Assembly (NCBI GenBank): GCA_040006915.1
Contig: JBDTWD010000004.1
Location: 65,033-129,032, forward strand
Direction: 5' to 3'
Length of the DNA: 64,000 nt
DNA from: Candidatus Woesebacteria bacterium
GTDB taxonomy: Bacteria; Patescibacteriota; Microgenomatia; UBA1400; UBA12028
Below the pieces are notes generated by a model, which was given only the letters and a program-made list of their open reading frames with translations, was not told the origin of the DNA and did not search any database. The translations under genes were made by a program, and so were the position numbers. Below, piece after piece: positions 30,585-40,184 of the stretch. Every line of letters begins with the position of its first letter. The first letter of the stretch is position 1.

Positions 30585-30593
30585 TGGTATACT
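30585..30593 (+). promoter_or_regulatory. Extended -10 promoter element TGGTATACT upstream of the RRM gene
   Basis: TGnTATACT lies about 125 nt upstream of ATG 30720. The SD-like AAAGGTGGTGA sits 8 nt before the start. The same GGTATACTAC decamer recurs at 62225. Confidence 0.4.
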
Positions 30594-30719
30594 ACCGATA
30601 GTATTCGTTAAGCTTCTAACTCCTCGTGCAATTCCCACATTCCCAAAAGATCTGTGTGTCAAAAAGCTCTGAGATGAGCGAAGCAGTAGTATGTCCCTGG
30701 GAAAGGTGGTGAATTTACA

Positions 30720-31136
30720 ATGGATGCATCAGCACAAAGCGCTAATCCCGCAAAACTGTTTGTTGGCAACTTGTCTTACAACATTACTTCCGAGCAACTC
30801 ACTGAGAAATTTTCTCAGTTTGGTACCGTAGTCGAAGCTTTGGTCATGACCGATAAATTTACCGGTCGATCAAAAGGTTTCGGTTTCGTTACTATGAGTT
30901 CTGCAGACGAAGCAAATGCTTGCGTAACAGGTCTCAACGAATCGGAATGGGATGGTCGCAATATGGTCGTTAACGTTGCACGTCCGAGAGTTCCCCGAGA
31001 AAATCGAGGATTCGGAGGCGGAGCAGGTGGCTACAATGGTGGCAGTAGAGGTGGCGGAGGTTTCAACCGAGGAGGTCGAGATTTCAGTCGCGGCTCTGAC
31101 CGTGGTAGTAGTGACCGAGGTGGATGGAATAACTAA
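30720..31136 (+). CDS. RNA-binding protein with an RRM domain and a Gly/Arg-rich (RGG) tail
   Basis: RNP-2 KLFVGNLSY, RNP-1 KGFGFVTM, and a C-terminal GGGAGGYNGGSRGGGGFNRGGRDF repeat. Confidence 0.85.
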   Translation: MDASAQSANPAKLFVGNLSYNITSEQLTEKFSQFGTVVEALVMTDKFTGRSKGFGFVTMSSADEANACVTGLNESEWDGRNMVVNVARPRVPRENRGFGGGAGGYNGGSRGGGGFNRGGRDFSRGSDRGSSDRGGWNN

Positions 31137-31160
31137 TACTTATCTATCAATCGAAAAAAA

Positions 31161-31202
31161 CAAAAGCCCCTTTTCACCTTTATTGGTGAGGGGGCTTTTT
31201 TG
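31161..31202 (+). terminator. Rho-independent terminator after the RRM gene
   Basis: GC-rich hairpin AAAGCCCCTTTTCACC-TTTATT-GGTGAGGGGGCTTTTTT followed by a T tract. Confidence 0.65.
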
Positions 31203-31251
31203 TGGTATATATACTACAACATCAATCTATTCGTAAAACAAGGAGCCCCTT

Positions 31252-31527
31252 ATGACCAAGTCGCAACTGATCGGTATCGTCGCCAAACGAGCACATATGC
31301 CGAAACGCGCTTCAGAAGAAGCAATTGAGGTTCTTCTGGAAGAAATCTCAAGGGCTCTGCAAAAGGGAGAGAAAGTAGTGCTTTCGAGCTTTGGCACATT
31401 TTCACTCGGTAAAGTAAAAGACAAAGAAGTTGTGCCGTTTGGCAAAACTGAAAAACGATTAACCATCAAGGGACACAAGGTCGTTAACTTCAAAGCTGGA
31501 AAACCTCTCAAGAAAAAGGTATGGTAA
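31252..31527 (+). CDS. hup: DNA-binding protein HU
   Basis: MTKSQLIGIVAK...KVVLSSFGTFSL...KTEKRLTIKGHKVVNFKAGK matches the HU/IHF fold. SD AAGGAG lies 7 nt upstream, with TGGTATATATACT -10 upstream. Confidence 0.9.
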   Translation: MTKSQLIGIVAKRAHMPKRASEEAIEVLLEEISRALQKGEKVVLSSFGTFSLGKVKDKEVVPFGKTEKRLTIKGHKVVNFKAGKPLKKKVW

Positions 31528-31531
31528 TAGG

Positions 31532-31930
31532 ATGAAGTTTCTTTTGATTCTTGTCGTACTTATAGGCATCGTTGTTGGTGGATTACATTTTTTCCCGTCA
31601 CTTGCCTCCAAAGCTAAAATAGCGTTGCCAAACATTCCCCAGCTTCATTTAGCCAAATCTGAAGATAAAGACACTCCCGAAAAAACAGCACTCCAAGGGA
31701 AAGTCGCAGGAATTGCGACCACGGCCCAAAGCGCATTCCAATCCGCTTCTACCCTATTTCTTTCTACTCCGGGTCCAGGAAGCGATAATATCAACGTGGG
31801 CACTGTCGTTAATCAAATTAGCAAACAAGTAGAAAACATTCCCTCACAGCTGTTAGGTATCGCAAAAGTTCAATACTGTCAGCAGGTCCTCATCGAGGCT
31901 ACCAAGTCAGCCGAAAAAAAGATAGAATAG
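31532..31930 (+). CDS. Hypothetical membrane-anchored protein
   Basis: N-terminal TM helix (LLILVVLIGIVVGGL), 132 aa. Confidence 0.4.
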   Translation: MKFLLILVVLIGIVVGGLHFFPSLASKAKIALPNIPQLHLAKSEDKDTPEKTALQGKVAGIATTAQSAFQSASTLFLSTPGPGSDNINVGTVVNQISKQVENIPSQLLGIAKVQYCQQVLIEATKSAEKKIE

Positions 31931-31934
31931 ATCT

Positions 31935-33431
31935 ATGTGGCCCTTTAAACAGTATGTCCAGCGTCATCCGGTTCGTTCGCAGCGCTTCTTAGAGATTCTC
32001 CCGGGATTTGTTTCGTGGTCTCTTATTCTCTTTCCGATCTGGGGATCACTCATCATCCCTGAGATTGTTGCGTACTATATTATTGGATTTTCTGTGTATT
32101 GGTTGTTTCGCTCTGTCTCAGTCGCTCTCCTTGCAATTATCGCCTACTACAAAATTCGAGCCAGCATGCGTTTTGACTGGATGAAAGATCTAGAGAAATT
32201 TCCAACTTGGAATACGATTCATCACATCATCGTGGTTCCGACCTACAAAGAGCCGTTACACACATTAGAACGAACGTTAGACGAACTCTGCAAGCAAACG
32301 TTTCCTTTAAAAAATTTGCACATCATGTTGTCTTTTGAAGACCGTGAAGGTGATCCAGCCAGGGAAAAAGCAGAGCATTTATTGAAAACCTACGGAGATA
32401 AATTTGGAGATCTTTGGGCTACCTATCACCCTGACATTCACGGTGAAGTCAAAGGCAAATCGTCAAACACTGCTTGGGGTGCCAAACTTGCCAAAAAGAA
32501 ATTAATCGATGAAAATGGATTTTTAATCAAGGACTGCACAATTACCAGTGAAGATGCTGACGCCCTCTTCCACCCATCCTACTTTGCTGCTTTAACATTT
32601 GAATTTTTAAAAAACTCCAAACGATACAATCGTATTTGGCAGGGGAGTATTCGTTTCTATAATAATATCTGGAAAGTTCCTGCTCCCGTGCGCGTGCTTG
32701 CTTCAGTATTCTCTGTGAATCAAATGTTTATTTTGATGCGACAAGACCGCTTAGTGAATTTTTCTACCTATTCAACGTCACTCTTACTTGCTGATGAAAT
32801 CGGATACTGGGATGTTGATGTGATCCCTGAGGACTATCGTTTCTTCTTTAAAGCGTATTTCCTCAAAAAAGGTGACCTTGAAGTCGAACCAATCTTCCTT
32901 CCCATTCTAGCCGACGCAGCGGAAAGTGTTGGCTTCTGGGCAACCATGGTCAATCAATACGAACAAATCAAGCGTTGGGCTTGGGGTGTCAGCGATGATG
33001 CCTATATCATCAAACAGTGGGCAACCGCTGAAGGGATACCGTTTTGGGACAAAACCATCCGTATGTTAAAAACAGTAGAAGATCATTTCTTGTGGCCGGT
33101 AAACTGGTTTGCAATCACGATTGGTGCCCTGCTTCCCCCACTCTTAAACCACAATTTTAACCGTTTGATTATTGGTAAAAACTTGCCACAAGTAAGTTCT
33201 GCCTTGATGACTGTCTCTTTACTTTCTTTATTCGTCATTTTTGTCATAGATGCGCTGTCCCGACCAGCCAGGCCTAAAGATGTGTCAATCTTGCGTCGTA
33301 TCTTACAACCATTTGAATTTTTAATGTTACCGATTCTAGGATTTTTCTTTTCGGCTCTTCCAGGTTTGGATGCCCATACCCGCTTGATGCTGGGCAAATA
33401 CTTAGAGTATCGTGTAACAGAGAAAGTATGA
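31935..33431 (+). CDS. Processive membrane-integrated GT2 synthase (cellulose/chitin/hyaluronan-synthase-like)
   Basis: 498 aa with N- and C-terminal TM helices. The GT2 core carries ED/DxD motifs and the processive-synthase signature QIKRWAWG (QxxRW). Confidence 0.65.
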   Translation: MWPFKQYVQRHPVRSQRFLEILPGFVSWSLILFPIWGSLIIPEIVAYYIIGFSVYWLFRSVSVALLAIIAYYKIRASMRFDWMKDLEKFPTWNTIHHIIVVPTYKEPLHTLERTLDELCKQTFPLKNLHIMLSFEDREGDPAREKAEHLLKTYGDKFGDLWATYHPDIHGEVKGKSSNTAWGAKLAKKKLIDENGFLIKDCTITSEDADALFHPSYFAALTFEFLKNSKRYNRIWQGSIRFYNNIWKVPAPVRVLASVFSVNQMFILMRQDRLVNFSTYSTSLLLADEIGYWDVDVIPEDYRFFFKAYFLKKGDLEVEPIFLPILADAAESVGFWATMVNQYEQIKRWAWGVSDDAYIIKQWATAEGIPFWDKTIRMLKTVEDHFLWPVNWFAITIGALLPPLLNHNFNRLIIGKNLPQVSSALMTVSLLSLFVIFVIDALSRPARPKDVSILRRILQPFEFLMLPILGFFFSALPGLDAHTRLMLGKYLEYRVTEKV

Positions 33432-34960
33432 AAAAAATTGTCGCTTTTCTGCTGCGTCATGAATACCTCGTCTGGGCTTTGTGCCTGTGTGCTCTCTTAC
33501 GACTCCCTAGTCTCTTGGAGCCTTATTGGTATGGAGACGAAGGAATTTATTTGACTTTAGGAAATGGAGTCAGGCACGGGCTACAACTCTATCGTGATAT
33601 CCACGACAACAAACCTCCGATTATTTATTTGATGGCAGCACTGAGCGGCACGGTATTTTGGTTCCGGTTTTTTCTCTTGGTATGGAATAGCGTTGCGATT
33701 GTCGCTTTTGAGCGTTTAGCCCATCGCTTACTTGATCGAAATAAAGTCGCTGGAACTACCAAGTTTATCGGTCTTTCGTTTCCAAAAGTGCAGTATTCGA
33801 CTATAGCCACTTTCCTGTTTGCCATTCTTCCCTTCTTTGCAGAAGGCAGTATTGCCAATGGTGAGATTTTCATGATTATGCCGGTGATTGTTGGTGTATA
33901 TCTTTTATGGAGAAATTCGAAAAATTCACTTTCCGTAATTCTTGCAGGCTTCAGCTTTTCTCTGGCATTTCTTATTAAAGTCCCTGCATTGTTTGATGCG
34001 TTCAGTGTGGGATTTTTCTTCTTTTTGTTATTTGAAGGAAAATCAGTATTTGCTTCTTTAAAATCGCGCTTACCCTACCTTTTTGCTTTTGCATTCCTCG
34101 CTCCAATTTTGATTTCGTTTCTCTATTACGCTTCCATCGGAGCAGGTAAACAATATGTAGCGGCAGCTTTTGCCCAAAACGTTGGATATCTGTCTTCATG
34201 GGCGACAGGGACACATGCGTCTACCAATGTTGGATCGTCAGGATTAAAGAACCGCGCCATTGTTTTAGCAGTTACGACAGTCATTTTGGTATTGTTAAAG
34301 AATAAAAACGGTAAACGCTTAACCTTTCTTTTACTTTGGTTTGCTTTTGCCCTATTTGGAGCACTCCTCTCGGAGAGACCGTATCCTCACTACTTGATTC
34401 AAATCATTCCACCAGTGAGTTTGCTGCTTGTCTTTTTCTATCGCACATTCAAAGACCGCAAAATATTTCGATTGATGCCCATTTTCGTCGGCTTTATTGT
34501 CTTATTTGTTAGTCTCTGGACGATTAAGTTTTGGTATTATCCGCAAATTCCGTATTACGTAAATTACATTCAATTTGTCACTAAAGCCAAAAGTATGGAT
34601 GATTATTTCTCCTACTTTGACCCCAGACTTCCAACCATGTATAGACTCGCTTCATACCTAGAAGCCCATACGACTCCAGATGAACCAATCTTCGTATGGG
34701 GTGATGTTCCCATGCTCTATGCATTAACCAAGCGTTTACCTCCAGGTAAATATACCAGTAGTTATCACATCAAAGATTTTAATGGATTTGATGAGACGAC
34801 ACAGGCACTTGAAACGAAAAAACCGAAATATGTTATCATCGACACGTCTTATGAAGCGCCCTATGAAGGATTGCATACATTCTTAGAGCATGACTACATC
34901 CCCACCTATAGCTTTACCCCATTTGCAGTCTATAGACGTACCGCTACTCCAACCCAATAG
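33428..34960 (+). CDS. GT-C glycosyltransferase, PMT_2/ArnT-like
   Basis: 510 aa polytopic protein with the first-loop motif WYGDEGIYLTLG. ATGA-coupled to the upstream processive GT2. Confidence 0.6.
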   Translation: MKKIVAFLLRHEYLVWALCLCALLRLPSLLEPYWYGDEGIYLTLGNGVRHGLQLYRDIHDNKPPIIYLMAALSGTVFWFRFFLLVWNSVAIVAFERLAHRLLDRNKVAGTTKFIGLSFPKVQYSTIATFLFAILPFFAEGSIANGEIFMIMPVIVGVYLLWRNSKNSLSVILAGFSFSLAFLIKVPALFDAFSVGFFFFLLFEGKSVFASLKSRLPYLFAFAFLAPILISFLYYASIGAGKQYVAAAFAQNVGYLSSWATGTHASTNVGSSGLKNRAIVLAVTTVILVLLKNKNGKRLTFLLLWFAFALFGALLSERPYPHYLIQIIPPVSLLLVFFYRTFKDRKIFRLMPIFVGFIVLFVSLWTIKFWYYPQIPYYVNYIQFVTKAKSMDDYFSYFDPRLPTMYRLASYLEAHTTPDEPIFVWGDVPMLYALTKRLPPGKYTSSYHIKDFNGFDETTQALETKKPKYVIIDTSYEAPYEGLHTFLEHDYIPTYSFTPFAVYRRTATPTQ

Positions 34961-34970
34961 ACAACGTTCT

Positions 34971-35291
34971 ATGAAACTACATGCTTATTCTTTTTTCTTT
35001 ATCGCCGCAGCGGCTGGCAGTGTCATTTTCGCTACTCTCCTCTTTTTCTTTGCCCCACCTCAAATTCCTTTATGGTATTCACTCTCAATAGTGGAACAGC
35101 AACTTGATGCAAAAATTCTGGTTTTCATTTTCCCTACACTTATCACAATTATTGCTCTTATCCACTCGTTCTTTATGCGTAAAGTACGCACTCTTGATTT
35201 GTATTTGCACTCATTGTTCTTTTACGCGACATTTGTGCCGATCGTTATTTTATATATTGCGCTTATTCGTATAGCTATGGTCGTTCTATGA
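34971..35291 (+). CDS. Small hypothetical membrane protein
   Basis: About 106 aa with 3 TM helices. The start is set at MKLHAYSFF to avoid overlap with the upstream gene. Confidence 0.35.
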   Translation: MKLHAYSFFFIAAAAGSVIFATLLFFFAPPQIPLWYSLSIVEQQLDAKILVFIFPTLITIIALIHSFFMRKVRTLDLYLHSLFFYATFVPIVILYIALIRIAMVVL

Positions 35292-36328
35292 CTCCTTTGC
35301 TCACCATTGCCATTCCCCTTATTCTTTCTTTGGTATTAGGAAAAATAGTTATCGCTTTCTATACTAAAAAAGGGTGGTTAGACGATCCAAAAAAAGTGAA
35401 TCATCCAAAAATCGTGCATACAACTCCACTTCCGCGAGGCGGAGGATTAGTCGTCGGGATTGCGATTGCGATCGCCATTCTTTTTCTCATTCCCTTTTCA
35501 CTTAAAATCGCGGGAATTATACTCGGCTCTTTGCTATTAATTGCCATCGGTGTTTGGGATGATATTGCCAATCCACATCCACTGATCCGATTGTTCTTTC
35601 AATTAACCGCCAGTTTGTTGGTGGTATTTTCTGGAGTGACCATTTCGTATGTCACAAACCCATTGGGAGGAATTCTTTCCTTTCAAGCCATCCCGGTGAT
35701 CGGTATGATCATTGCAAGTTTGTGGATTGTTTGGTGTATGAATATTGTCAACTTTTCAACTGGTCTTGATGGACAAATGCCTGGATATGTAGCTATTGCC
35801 GCGTTAACAATTGCACTTTTATCCACTCGATTTTTCCCCGATCCGGAACAATTTACCGTATTTCATCTTGCCTTAATTGTGATGGGAGCGTATTTAGGCT
35901 TTTTATACTGGAACATGTATCCCCAGAAAATGATGGCCGGCTTTGGCGCCAGTACCTTAGCAGGATTTTTTCTTGCGGTGTTATCGATTTTATCGGGAGC
36001 CAAATTGGCAACCGCTATTTTAGTCCTAGCTATCCCGATGAGTGATGCTGGATATGTTATTTTTAGAAGGCTATTACAGAAAAAATCTCCGTTTTGGGGA
36101 GATAGGACACATCTCCATCATGCTCTCTTAGATACGGGTCTGTCCAAGCGAATGGTTGCACTTATTTACTGGCTCACTGCATTGTTTTTAGGATTATTAG
36201 CTCTCAATCTCTCAAGTGGGCAAAAAACATTTGCGATTTTGCTTATCATTGCAGTTGTGTGTATGATTGGCACATGGCTACGTATGGGTTTCACCTCCTT
36301 CGTGAAGTCCGGCCCAGACAGTGGATAA
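35288..36328 (+). CDS. Polyprenyl-phosphate N-acetylhexosamine-1-phosphate transferase (GT4, MraY/WecA/TagO family)
   Basis: About 10 TM helices. MraY/WecA-family motifs: VWDDI, NIVNFSTGLDGQ, and WGDRTHLHHALL. Confidence 0.7.
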   Translation: MTPLLTIAIPLILSLVLGKIVIAFYTKKGWLDDPKKVNHPKIVHTTPLPRGGGLVVGIAIAIAILFLIPFSLKIAGIILGSLLLIAIGVWDDIANPHPLIRLFFQLTASLLVVFSGVTISYVTNPLGGILSFQAIPVIGMIIASLWIVWCMNIVNFSTGLDGQMPGYVAIAALTIALLSTRFFPDPEQFTVFHLALIVMGAYLGFLYWNMYPQKMMAGFGASTLAGFFLAVLSILSGAKLATAILVLAIPMSDAGYVIFRRLLQKKSPFWGDRTHLHHALLDTGLSKRMVALIYWLTALFLGLLALNLSSGQKTFAILLIIAVVCMIGTWLRMGFTSFVKSGPDSG

Positions 36329-37215
36329 AGAATTTGTCCCTCTATGCCGCGCTGGTTTTTTCTGGCTTCTTTTTTGAACCTGGATACTTTGGATATGTCA
36401 CGATTGGTGTTGGAATTTTCTGTTTATTGTCTTCTGCTGTCTATTTGATCAATGACATCATTGATGCACCAATGGATCGGTTGCACCCGTTTAAAAAGAA
36501 ACGCCCTATAGCCTCTGGTGCATTGCCGGTTGCTCATGCGTGGGCAGCAGCAGTTGCGCTTCTAATTGTTGCCATGATTGGCGCATTCTTTATCTCCACG
36601 TTCTTCTTCTTTTTGTCGATTGCATATGTGCTCTTACATCTTCTGTATACCTATAAACTCAAGCAAACTCCAATCGTTGATGTCATGATGATTGCTGCCG
36701 GGTTCTTAATTCGCATCTATGCCGGTGCGGTGATTGTGAATCTTCATACCAGTGTGTGGTTTTTACTCACGGTCCTATCTGCCTCTCTATTTTTGGCAGT
36801 CGGTAAGCGGCAAAGTGAACGAACGCTGTTACGGGGATACGGTGAAGATTTATCCAAACATCGTGAAACACTTTCACATTACACTCAGCGATTGTTGGAT
36901 GTCTATGTGGGTATGTTCGCTAACGCAACTTGGCTCACCTATGCACTGTATACCTTCCAACGGAGCGAGTTTAAGCCTGAGGGTGTCCTGTTTGTGAGTA
37001 TTTTTGCCAAACTCCCCCGTACGTTTACTGCTGAGAAATGGTTGATGATCACCATCCCCTTGGTTATTTTTGGAGTGATGCGCTATTTGCAGTTAGTGTA
37101 TGAAAGCAACCAAGGAGAAAGTCCAGAACGGGTACTGCTTCGGGACAAACCACTGCTAGTGACTGCCTTTATTTGGGGACTGTTAGTAATGGTCTTAATT
37201 TACGGAATTGGGTAG
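36259..37215 (+). CDS. UbiA-family prenyltransferase, decaprenyl-phosphate phosphoribosyltransferase (DPPR synthase)-like
   Basis: N-terminus LLREVRPRQWIKNL and UbiA motif LINDIIDAPMDRLHPFKKKRPIASG, with about 8 TM helices. The 5' end overlaps the upstream gene by 55-70 nt in another frame, so the true start may be ATG 36274. Confidence 0.65.
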   Translation: MYDWHMATYGFHLLREVRPRQWIKNLSLYAALVFSGFFFEPGYFGYVTIGVGIFCLLSSAVYLINDIIDAPMDRLHPFKKKRPIASGALPVAHAWAAAVALLIVAMIGAFFISTFFFFLSIAYVLLHLLYTYKLKQTPIVDVMMIAAGFLIRIYAGAVIVNLHTSVWFLLTVLSASLFLAVGKRQSERTLLRGYGEDLSKHRETLSHYTQRLLDVYVGMFANATWLTYALYTFQRSEFKPEGVLFVSIFAKLPRTFTAEKWLMITIPLVIFGVMRYLQLVYESNQGESPERVLLRDKPLLVTAFIWGLLVMVLIYGIG

Positions 37216-37250
37216 AAACTTTTTTTCCTTCCTGCCTGATATACTATCCT

Positions 37251-38144
37251 TCTATGGATACCATCCTAAAACCCACTCAGACTTCCGAACATTTTCCCGG
37301 TTTTGTCGAAATCTACTCGGATACGTTCAATGATGCTGTAACTCTTATCAAACGATATCCCCTTCCCTTGCTGCTACTCATTGTCATTGACTTTGGTACT
37401 TCAGTCTTTCAACCGGTTACAAAAGGAACCTATGCTGCAACAGCCGTATCAGCCATCATTCTCGTTATCAGTTATATTGTGAATCTCTGTTTTATCTATC
37501 TTTACAAGCACAGACATCATTCGGTCGATATCGGATCTTCAATGACAGCCGTGTCTGATGTGCTGTTGTCATTCATATTTGCAAGCCTTATACAAATTGT
37601 CGTTATAACTATTGGGGTTGCGTTCTTTTTAATCCCCGGAATCGTAGCGGCTTTATCTTTATTTGTTACAGGATTTGTCGTGATGTATGAAAACATGGGA
37701 CCGCTGAACGCGCTTGGGAGGAGCATAATTCTAATGGATGGATATAGAATGCGCGTATTCAGGTATATTCTTCCTTTTTTTATCCTTGTTCTATTTTCTA
37801 GTTTTTTATTGCAATTCTTTGGAGCGAGAATCGGTCTCACTGCCATAGAACTGCAGTGGCTGAAAGCAATCTTGTACTCTCCGGCTGGACTCTTGTCTAC
37901 CTGTTTTGTCGGAAATGTGTATGAGCCACTCTCGCGAAAAAAAGTTGCATTCATCGCCGCAAAAGCAAAAGTGTCACGATTGATTCGATTTAGTCTCATC
38001 GTTTTAGCAGGAATCGTTTTGATAGTCGTCTATTTTGCATGGGTATTCGGTGGAAACGGACCAAGTTGGTCATCCGTATTTAATCGCAGATCACAAACTC
38101 AGCAATTTCAAGCGACGCCACCAAAGATCCGTTTGAAAAAATAA
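37251..38144 (+). CDS. Hypothetical polytopic membrane protein
   Basis: About 6 TM helices with no recognisable motif. The start is set at MDTILKP. Confidence 0.35.
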   Translation, partial: SMDTILKPTQTSEHFPGFVEIYSDTFNDAVTLIKRYPLPLLLLIVIDFGTSVFQPVTKGTYAATAVSAIILVISYIVNLCFIYLYKHRHHSVDIGSSMTAVSDVLLSFIFASLIQIVVITIGVAFFLIPGIVAALSLFVTGFVVMYENMGPLNALGRSIILMDGYRMRVFRYILPFFILVLFSSFLLQFFGARIGLTAIELQWLKAILYSPAGLLSTCFVGNVYEPLSRKKVAFIAAKAKVSRLIRFSLIVLAGIVLIVVYFAWVFGGNGPSWSSVFNRRSQTQQFQATPPKIRLKK

Positions 38145-38154
38145 ACTCACGTAC

Positions 38155-38871
38155 TCATTTTCCCAACTCTTTGGTACGTGCGAGTTCAATCGCTTCGTGC
38201 AAACTCTCGAAGGTGCCAGTATCAAGCCACTTCCCTTCAACAAAGGCAACATCCAACTTCCCTTCTTGCAGATATACATTATTTAAGTCGGTAATTTCTA
38301 ATTCTCCTCGTGGTGAGGGTTGGAGTGCTTTGGCTTTGGAGATAACGGTATTGTCGTAGATATACAAACCAGTCACTGCAAAATCTGAAACCGGCTCTTT
38401 TGGCTTTTCGACGATTGATGTTGCCTTGTTGTTTGCATCAAAGGCTACCACACCAAAACGAGCTGGGTCGGGTACTTTTTTTGCAAATACTCGTGCTCCT
38501 GATTGAAAGGTAGTAATGGGAGTAGAAAAATCGTCTTCAAAGAGGTTGTCGCCAAGAATTAAGGTGACGTTATCATCGCCGATGAATTTTTCTCCAATGA
38601 GGAACGCTTGGGCCAATCCTTCTGGTTTCTCTTGTACTTCGTAGGAAAATCTGCAGCCGAATTCTTTTCCACTTCCAAGGAGTTTTAAGAAGTCTCCCGC
38701 GTGATCGGGAGCAATGATGATGAGGATTTCTGTTATACCCGCTGAGCGCAAAGTCTCTAATGGATAATAAATCATCGGTTTGTTATAAATCGGGAGCAGT
38801 TGTTTGCTGGTCACTTTGGTGAGTGGATACAATCGTGTTCCAGCACCACCAGCGAGAATAATTCCCTTCAT
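38155..38871 (-). CDS. rmlA: Glucose-1-phosphate thymidylyltransferase, short form
   Basis: [38 protein letters not shown] is the canonical RmlA N-terminus. At 238 aa it lacks the C-terminal oligomerisation region. Confidence 0.8.
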   Translation of the reverse strand: MKGIILAGGAGTRLYPLTKVTSKQLLPIYNKPMIYYPLETLRSAGITEILIIIAPDHAGDFLKLLGSGKEFGCRFSYEVQEKPEGLAQAFLIGEKFIGDDNVTLILGDNLFEDDFSTPITTFQSGARVFAKKVPDPARFGVVAFDANNKATSIVEKPKEPVSDFAVTGLYIYDNTVISKAKALQPSPRGELEITDLNNVYLQEGKLDVAFVEGKWLDTGTFESLHEAIELARTKELGK

Positions 38872-38896
38872 AACAAACTCCTTTGTCTTTTTGTAG

Positions 38897-39157
38897 CTAC
38901 AGGGTGGAAGCCAAGATAATGAGCATAAACGCTCCTAAACCTCCAACCGCGATGTATTCTAACACGAGTCGAGTGGTCTTCACTTCGCCTGCATGACTCC
39001 ATACTCCCCAAATAACATAACTTATCCAAGCCAGCACAGCCAGAAAGACACGCACATTTAGCATTGGAGTAAAGAGAAAAGCCGAGAGGAAGACACTCTC
39101 AACAAACAAGAGGACTCCATATTGATAGGGACGAAATCGAAGTTCGCGGGCAATCAT
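38897..39157 (-). CDS. Small hypothetical membrane protein
   Basis: 86 aa with 2-3 TM helices. Confidence 0.3.
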   Translation of the reverse strand: MIARELRFRPYQYGVLLFVESVFLSAFLFTPMLNVRVFLAVLAWISYVIWGVWSHAGEVKTTRLVLEYIAVGGLGAFMLIILASTL

Positions 39158-40098
39158 AATGCGACTCCTGCTTTTACCAATAGAATAATGATCAAAATGC
39201 CACTAAAGAATAAAACGTGTCCTAAGCTTCGACTACTTACTCGAACAATTCCTTTGTGTTCAACGACCCACATATCAACCAGTAATACTCCTAAGACCAG
39301 AACGATGACTGCGATAAAGAAGACTTTCTGCATTTGCAGGGGAGTAAAGAAAGACAGAGAAGTTCTCTCTGAGATCGGGGTCGGCAATACCAAGGTGGGG
39401 TTCACGTTTTCAAGCGTCTGCGGAGCTGATTCTTGACCAGCAACTTGCGGCGTTCCTGCCTGAGCGGGAATCGGCGTTTCTTGCACGATTGTGGCTCCTG
39501 ACGTGGTTTTTCCAGCGACTTGATTGGCCAATTGAGTCCCAAACATTTGCACCACTAACGCTGTATCAGAACCTAAAAGAGAACAGTTGACCACCGCGAC
39601 TCCAATTTCCCTAAACTTCCCATTCATGATATTCGCTTTGTGCGTTGGTGAGGCAATCCAGGCATCCATCATGCTGCCAGTGTCAGAAAAATCGCGCGCT
39701 AAGTTTTCCCCAGCTACCGAATACTTATATCCGGCGCCCTTCATAAAAACCCAGGGAGTAAGTCCAGCCGGGGAAATATGTGCCCAATATTGATTGGTAC
39801 ACATGTCATTTCCTTTCGCAATTGCGGCTTGCGACAACTGGGAATTTGAGGTCAATGCAGAGAGGCCTTCTGCCTGCCTGCGTCCATTCGTCTGCGTAAT
39901 GACTTGATCTATAGTGACTGTTGAAGCAAAACCCAATACAGCCGGGATGGGACCGACACCTACAGAAAGCGTTTTCACTCCCACCTGCCAGAGTGCAACC
40001 AAAACGAACAGCAACGCAATTCCCTCAACATGCAAAAGTTTGGGTTTATGGTTATTTGATTTCTGCAAGAAAAATAAATGTCGTACCGTTTTAATCAT
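39154..40098 (-). CDS. CAP/SCP/PR-1-like (YkwD-type) extracellular-domain protein with N- and C-terminal TM anchors
   Basis: CAP motifs HISPAGLTPW...YSVAGENLARDF...DAWIASPTHKANIM...FREIGVAV. Confidence 0.6.
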   Translation of the reverse strand: MIKTVRHLFFLQKSNNHKPKLLHVEGIALLFVLVALWQVGVKTLSVGVGPIPAVLGFASTVTIDQVITQTNGRRQAEGLSALTSNSQLSQAAIAKGNDMCTNQYWAHISPAGLTPWVFMKGAGYKYSVAGENLARDFSDTGSMMDAWIASPTHKANIMNGKFREIGVAVVNCSLLGSDTALVVQMFGTQLANQVAGKTTSGATIVQETPIPAQAGTPQVAGQESAPQTLENVNPTLVLPTPISERTSLSFFTPLQMQKVFFIAVIVLVLGVLLVDMWVVEHKGIVRVSSRSLGHVLFFSGILIIILLVKAGVAL

Positions 40099-40184
40099 AC
40101 TAAATATCTACACTACTGCTTTCTAGTATGCAATGGATTGCCCCCTCGATGCAACGAGTAACGAGATGGTACAATATAGTTCTT

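Noticed and set aside
36259-36328. 55-70-nt overlap between the WecA-like and UbiA-like genes could indicate a frameshift or fusion
   Set aside because: Both frames show family-typical sequence up to their own stops. The overlap is more simply explained by an internal start (ATG 36274 or later) for the UbiA gene. It is kept as a note under the finding rather than called a pseudogene.
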